A stretch of DNA of 28,240 bases from Chlamydiota bacterium. GTDB taxonomy: Bacteria; Auribacterota; JACPWU01. This document shows, piece after piece, positions 24,531-28,240 of this stretch. The position numbers and the translations under genes were made by a program. The stretch is taken from contig JACPWU010000008.1 in assembly GCA_016196885.1 (NCBI GenBank), forward strand, positions 1 to 28,240, in the 5' to 3' direction. The notes under the pieces were generated by a model. The model saw only the letters and a program-made list of their open reading frames with translations. It was not told the origin of the DNA and ran no database searches. The first letter of the stretch is position 1. Each line of letters begins with the position of its first letter.

Positions 24531-26708
24531 ATGGCAACTCGTAAGAAGACAACAAAGGCAGCAAAAGCCGAAGGTGCTTTGGTGATTGTCGAATCGCCTG
24601 CCAAGGCGAAGACGATCAATAAAATCTTGGGCCCTCATTATCATGTGACAGCGTCCATGGGTCACGTCCGGGATTTGCCCTCTAGCGATTTTGGGGTGGA
24701 TGTGGAACATGGTTTTACCCCCAAATATCGGGTTTTACCCACCCGAAAAAAAATGATTACGGAATTAAAAAAGACGGCCGGTGGTTGTGAAGAGATTTTT
24801 TTGGCCCCTGATCCGGACCGTGAGGGAGAGGCGATCGCATGGCATTTGGCTGAGATTTTTCGAGAAGGAAAGGAAACCAAGGACAAGAAAATTTTACGCG
24901 TCACGTTCAATGAAATCACCAAAGGGGCTGTTCAAGAGGCCTTTAAGCATCCGCGTCAAATTGACATGAGCCGGGTTGATTCTCAACAGGCCCGTCGGAT
25001 TCTGGATCGTATGGTGGGTTATAAAATCAGCCCGCTTTTGTGGCGGAAGGTGGGTAAGGGCCTTTCGGCCGGACGTGTGCAGTCGGTCGCGGTTCGGCTG
25101 ATATGTGAGCGAGAAGAAGAAATTCGAAAATTTATCCCTAAGGAATTTTGGTCTATCGAGGCCCTTCTTGGCAAAAAGAATGAGGACACCTCTTTTGAGG
25201 CTCGCCTGGATCGCATCCAGGGAGAAAAAATGGATGTTTCAAATGCCGAGACTGCCCAGAAAATTGCGGCTGATCTGGAGTCCTTGAAAGAAACATTCAT
25301 GGTTGCGAATGTTGAGAGCAAGGATAAGACCCAGAAGCCTTATCCCCCCTTTATCACGAGCCAGCTTCAGCAGGCGGCCGCCAACACCTTGCGATTCCCT
25401 GTCTATAAAACGATGAAGGTGGCGCAAGAACTTTACGAGGGGATTGAATTGGGGGAAGAGGGCAGTGTGGGTCTCATCACTTACATGAGAACGGATTCTT
25501 ATCGTGTTTCTCAAGAGGCAGTGACGGAGGCAACGAAGTACGTTCAAAATCGTTTTGGGAATGAATATCTGCCCGACACCCCGCATGTCTACAAGGCTAA
25601 GAAAGGGGCTCAAGAGGCACATGAGGCCATTCGACCCTCCTCTCTCAAAAAGGAGCCGGATCAAATCAAGGCCTACTTAAGTGAAGATCAATACAAACTT
25701 TATCGCCTGATATGGAAGCGCTTTTTGCAAAGCCAGATGAGTCTTGCCCAGCTCAAGGTCCATTCGGCGGATATTGCGGTGGGGCTGGAAGCTTCTCATC
25801 TTAAAGAATGGGAAAAGGCAAAATATCTTTTTAGGGCCTCAGGGCAAGAGGTCCTTTTTCCAGGCTATTTGGTTTTGGAAGAACCGGTCGTGAAAGACGA
25901 AGAGGATGAAAAAGACAATGAGGATTCTGAAAAGGAAGTGAGACTCCCTCATCTCGAGGTGGGCGAAAAGTTAAATTTACAGAAGTTGACGCCCGCTCAG
26001 CATTTCACCAAACCTCCTCCTCGTTACAATGAGGCAAGCCTCGTCAAGGCCTTGGAAGAGCGGGAAATTGGGCGACCCAGCACGTATGCCCCTATTATTC
26101 AGACCATTGTGAAACGGGCCTATGTCGAGAAAGACCGGTCTAAATTGATTCCTACAGAATTAGGCTTTACCGTCACTAAAATTCTCGTGGAACATTTTCC
26201 GAAAATCATGGATGTGGAATTCACAGCCAAAATGGAGGCTGATTTGGACGAGATTGAAGAGGGAAAAGAGGATTGGAAACATCTCCTGGCCGAATTTTAC
26301 GGACCCTTTATGGAAACGGTGGACCTGGCTTCTAAAAACATGAAATCGGTGAAGCAGCCGCCTGTCCCGACGAGTGAGGTCTGCGAAAAATGTGGTTCGA
26401 TGATGGTGATTCGCACCGGCCGCTTCGGAAAATTTCTGGCCTGCTCGGGCTTCCCTAAATGTAGAAATGTAAAGTCTATTGATACAGGGATTGCTTGCCC
26501 CAAGGAAGGATGCACGGGGAAAATCGTCCAGCGTCGTTCGAAAAGGGGAAGAAGTTTTTATGGATGTACCCGATACCCCGAATGTGATTTTACAGCTGCA
26601 GATCTTAAGGCCTTTCAACCTTCAGTCCCTGGAGAGTCGCCTTCACCTTCTTCGGATGCTCAGGGAGAAAAAGAGGATTCTTCAGATGAAGGGGCATCTT
26701 ACGATTAG
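24531..26708 (+). CDS. topA: DNA topoisomerase I
   Basis: 725 aa. TOPRIM LVIVESPAKAKTI...DPDREGE, active-site region ITYMRTDS, C-terminal CxxC zinc ribbons and an acidic tail. Confidence 0.95.
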   Translation: MATRKKTTKAAKAEGALVIVESPAKAKTINKILGPHYHVTASMGHVRDLPSSDFGVDVEHGFTPKYRVLPTRKKMITELKKTAGGCEEIFLAPDPDREGEAIAWHLAEIFREGKETKDKKILRVTFNEITKGAVQEAFKHPRQIDMSRVDSQQARRILDRMVGYKISPLLWRKVGKGLSAGRVQSVAVRLICEREEEIRKFIPKEFWSIEALLGKKNEDTSFEARLDRIQGEKMDVSNAETAQKIAADLESLKETFMVANVESKDKTQKPYPPFITSQLQQAAANTLRFPVYKTMKVAQELYEGIELGEEGSVGLITYMRTDSYRVSQEAVTEATKYVQNRFGNEYLPDTPHVYKAKKGAQEAHEAIRPSSLKKEPDQIKAYLSEDQYKLYRLIWKRFLQSQMSLAQLKVHSADIAVGLEASHLKEWEKAKYLFRASGQEVLFPGYLVLEEPVVKDEEDEKDNEDSEKEVRLPHLEVGEKLNLQKLTPAQHFTKPPPRYNEASLVKALEEREIGRPSTYAPIIQTIVKRAYVEKDRSKLIPTELGFTVTKILVEHFPKIMDVEFTAKMEADLDEIEEGKEDWKHLLAEFYGPFMETVDLASKNMKSVKQPPVPTSEVCEKCGSMMVIRTGRFGKFLACSGFPKCRNVKSIDTGIACPKEGCTGKIVQRRSKRGRSFYGCTRYPECDFTAADLKAFQPSVPGESPSPSSDAQGEKEDSSDEGASYD

Positions 26709-26733
26709 TTAGGTAAAGCGAAAATTTTATAAG

Positions 26734-26806
26734 CAAGTCCATAGTCCACGGTCGATAGTATAAAAGGAATGGCTTATTTTTTCTATGGACCATGGACTGT
26801 GGACTT
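26734..26806. repeat. Heptad-periodic hairpin between topA and xerC
   Basis: Left arm CAAGTCC ATAGTCC ACGGTCG ATAGTAT (26734-26761). Right arm TATGGAC CATGGAC TGTGGAC (26784-26804). 26735-26753 is complementary to 26788-26806 at 17 of 19 positions. Confidence 0.8.
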
Positions 26807-26811
26807 ATTTC

Positions 26812-27687
26812 ATGAATTCTTATCTTGAACGTTTTTTAAAATATCTCTCGGCAGAAAAAAATGCCTCCGACCATACGCTAAGCAATTATCGGCGTGATCT
26901 CTCTCAATTTATTGAATTTATGGAAAGGGGCGTGGTCAAAAAAAAGTTAGGAGAGATTCACCATTTTGACATTCGTCGTTTTCTCGCTCTTCTTCAGAAA
27001 AAAAATTATCAAAGAACCTCGATCTTGCGAAAATTAGCTTCTTTGAGGAGTTTTTTTAAATTTCTCTTGCGAGAAAAAGCAATTAAAGAAGATCCTCTTT
27101 TGGCTGTTTCTTCCCCCCGAGGGGCAAGACCCCTGCCTTCTTTCTTGGATTTCAAAGAAATTGACCAATTGTTTGGCGTGGTCACGGGCGCGGATGAAAT
27201 GCCGTTACGGGATCGGGCGATTTTGGAGCTTCTCTATACGAGCGGCATTCGGGTGAGTGAACTGACGGGGCTCAATTTGGAGGATGTTGATTTTGGGACG
27301 ACACTCGCCAAGGTGCGCGGTAAGGGGAGAAAGGAGAGGCTGGTTCCCTTGGGTCGTCTTGCCGTTGAGGCCTTAAAGGCTTATCTTCTGAAGCGGAAAA
27401 TGAGAAGCGCGAGGCCTCTTTTCTTAAACAAATTAAACACGCGTTTGACATCTCGCAGTGTCGAACGCATGGTCAGAAAATATGTACTCGCGGCTGGGTT
27501 TGGAAAAAAGGTGACGCCTCACACCCTTCGCCACAGTTGTGCGACACACATGCTGGATCGAGGCGCTGACCTGAGATCGGTTCAAGAAATTTTGGGACAT
27601 GTCAATCTTTCGACGACTCAGATTTATACACATGTGACAGCAGAAAAATTGAAAAAGGTTTACGACGAGGCGCATCCAAGGGCTTAA
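26812..27687 (+). CDS. xerC: Tyrosine site-specific recombinase XerC/XerD family
   Basis: MNSYLERFLKYLSAEKNASDHTLSNYRRDL is a typical Xer N-terminus. Catalytic residues sit in ...SGIRVSEL..., HTLRHSCATHML, and LGHVNLSTTQIYTHV. Start taken at 26812, since the track ATG at 26785 lies in the hairpin arm. The XerC versus XerD assignment is uncertain. Confidence 0.85.
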   Translation: MNSYLERFLKYLSAEKNASDHTLSNYRRDLSQFIEFMERGVVKKKLGEIHHFDIRRFLALLQKKNYQRTSILRKLASLRSFFKFLLREKAIKEDPLLAVSSPRGARPLPSFLDFKEIDQLFGVVTGADEMPLRDRAILELLYTSGIRVSELTGLNLEDVDFGTTLAKVRGKGRKERLVPLGRLAVEALKAYLLKRKMRSARPLFLNKLNTRLTSRSVERMVRKYVLAAGFGKKVTPHTLRHSCATHMLDRGADLRSVQEILGHVNLSTTQIYTHVTAEKLKKVYDEAHPRA

Positions 27688-27776
27688 AAAATAGTTAACC
27701 GATTTGTCTCTTCACCTGTTGAGCGGAGAATTGGAAAACCGTCCAACGGGTTAACTACAGAAAGAGGTTTTCAATA

Positions 27777-27800
27777 TTAGTCCCTACGGGACTAATTTCT
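27777..27800 (+). terminator. Rho-independent terminator-like hairpin downstream of xerC
   Basis: TTAGTCCC-TAC-GGGACTAA, a perfect 8-bp stem with a 3-nt loop, followed by TTTCT. Confidence 0.55.
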
Positions 27801-27828
27801 ATGCAGTTTGTAAAGAATATTTTTAGGA

Positions 27829-27920
27829 ATAACCTGGACAACCCTATGACTGATCCAGGATTATATTTGCACCGTTAGATTAATGTTTAACCCTGTTTGG
27901 TTCTGGCTTGTCCAGGTTAT
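27829..27920. promoter_or_regulatory. 13-bp perfect inverted repeat pair bracketing 66 nt just upstream of the last ORF
   Basis: ATAACCTGGACAA (27829-27841) and TTGTCCAGGTTAT (27908-27920). The downstream ATG is at 27935. Confidence 0.4.
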
Positions 27921-27934
27921 GAGAAGAGGGTTGT

Positions 27935-28240
27935 ATGTATCAGGAATTAAACGCAATTGTTTTGCCGAACGGGTCCATTCAAATGGAATGGAGTGATACC
28001 GGAGAACACGTAAGCAAAAGCAGTCAATTACTGCAGCAGGAAATAGATAGGCGGTTTTCCTCTGACTCTACATCAGCTTTTCTGTTTTTGGGTTTCTGCG
28101 ACAGGGCCGTTCCTCTTTCCGTCTCGCTCAATTTCTGGAGGGAATTCATTGGGTTCTTCACAGAAAAGCTGAGATTAACACAGGATGTTGAGACGCTGCG
28201 CAATTGTATAAAGATCTCTGTCGAAAGGCATGAACTGGAC
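27935..28240 (+). CDS. 5' partial CDS, possibly the N-terminal SNF2-helicase-associated domain of a bacterial SNF2-family helicase
   Basis: ATG at 27935 preceded by GAGAAGAGGG. The frame stays open for 102 codons to the window end, so it is absent from the track (no stop). MYQELNAIVLPNGSIQMEWSD...AFLFLGFCDRAVPLSVSLNFWREFIGFFTEKLRLTQDVETLR resembles N-termini I recall from bacterial SNF2-associated helicases. The functional call is weak. Confidence 0.45.
   Translation, partial: MYQELNAIVLPNGSIQMEWSDTGEHVSKSSQLLQQEIDRRFSSDSTSAFLFLGFCDRAVPLSVSLNFWREFIGFFTEKLRLTQDVETLRNCIKISVERHELD

Noticed and set aside
24830-24840. HIP1-like GCGATCGC as a cyanobacterial signature, prompted by the STRR-like heptads
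   Set aside because: I saw only a single exact occurrence in 28 kb. That is not enriched, so it gives no taxonomic inference.
25239-26618. Antisense ORFs of 141 and 152 aa inside topA (25239..25664 and 26160..26618). Similar nested ORFs lie inside the oxidase (940..1365), cyclase (2499..2906), barrel protein (9642..10070), ilvC (17223..17537) and other genes.
   Set aside because: All lie wholly within strongly supported genes, have arginine/serine/proline-rich compositions typical of off-frame translation, and contain no motifs.
26785-26811. Upstream ATG for xerC
   Set aside because: It lies inside the right arm of the topA-xerC hairpin. MNSYLERFLKYL from 26812 matches usual Xer N-termini. 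Either start remains possible.
1-28240. tRNA, rRNA, riboswitch or T-box leaders, for example upstream of ilvH/ilvC/leuA
   Set aside because: I could not recognise any cloverleaf-compatible segment, rRNA-like conserved block or known leader motif. The intergenic structures present are the hairpin and repeat classes reported above.

Overview
Bacterial chromosomal segment of moderate to low GC; I cannot assign a taxon from sequence alone. The right two thirds is mostly + strand housekeeping: ferredoxin-type sulfite/nitrite reductase, a MazEF-like toxin-antitoxin pair, an MFS transporter, cmoA overlapping a membrane ICMT/PEMT-type methyltransferase, ilvH-ilvC-leuA, aroE-pilD-aroK-aroB, dprA-topA-xerC, and the 5' end of a possible SNF2-associated helicase. 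The left 11 kb is more accessory: an FAD-linked oxidase; a deletion/frameshift-disrupted SAM methyltransferase that overlaps the stop of a CHASE2 class III nucleotide cyclase; an AAA+ (DUF234-like) ATPase; a complete IS1380-family element with imperfect 17-bp terminal inverted repeats; and a 1088-aa FecR-TPR-beta-barrel protein. No rRNA, tRNA or CRISPR array was seen. The least explained signal is in non-coding DNA. (1) At least six intergenic gaps carry hairpin arms built from 7-nt periodic pseudo-repeats. (2) A 138-bp MITE-like element with perfect 21-bp terminal inverted repeats and a 12-bp flanking duplication sits in one such hairpin, and a truncated second copy lies 2.4 kb away. (3) Three tandem 27-35-bp repeats with G runs of 13, 4 and 6 abut the cmoA start codon. 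Candidate protein-level systems are the cmoA/ICMT-like pair and the FecR-TPR-barrel/CHASE2 cyclase pair, now separated by the ATPase gene and the IS. All functional calls rest on motif recognition by eye; no database search was possible.
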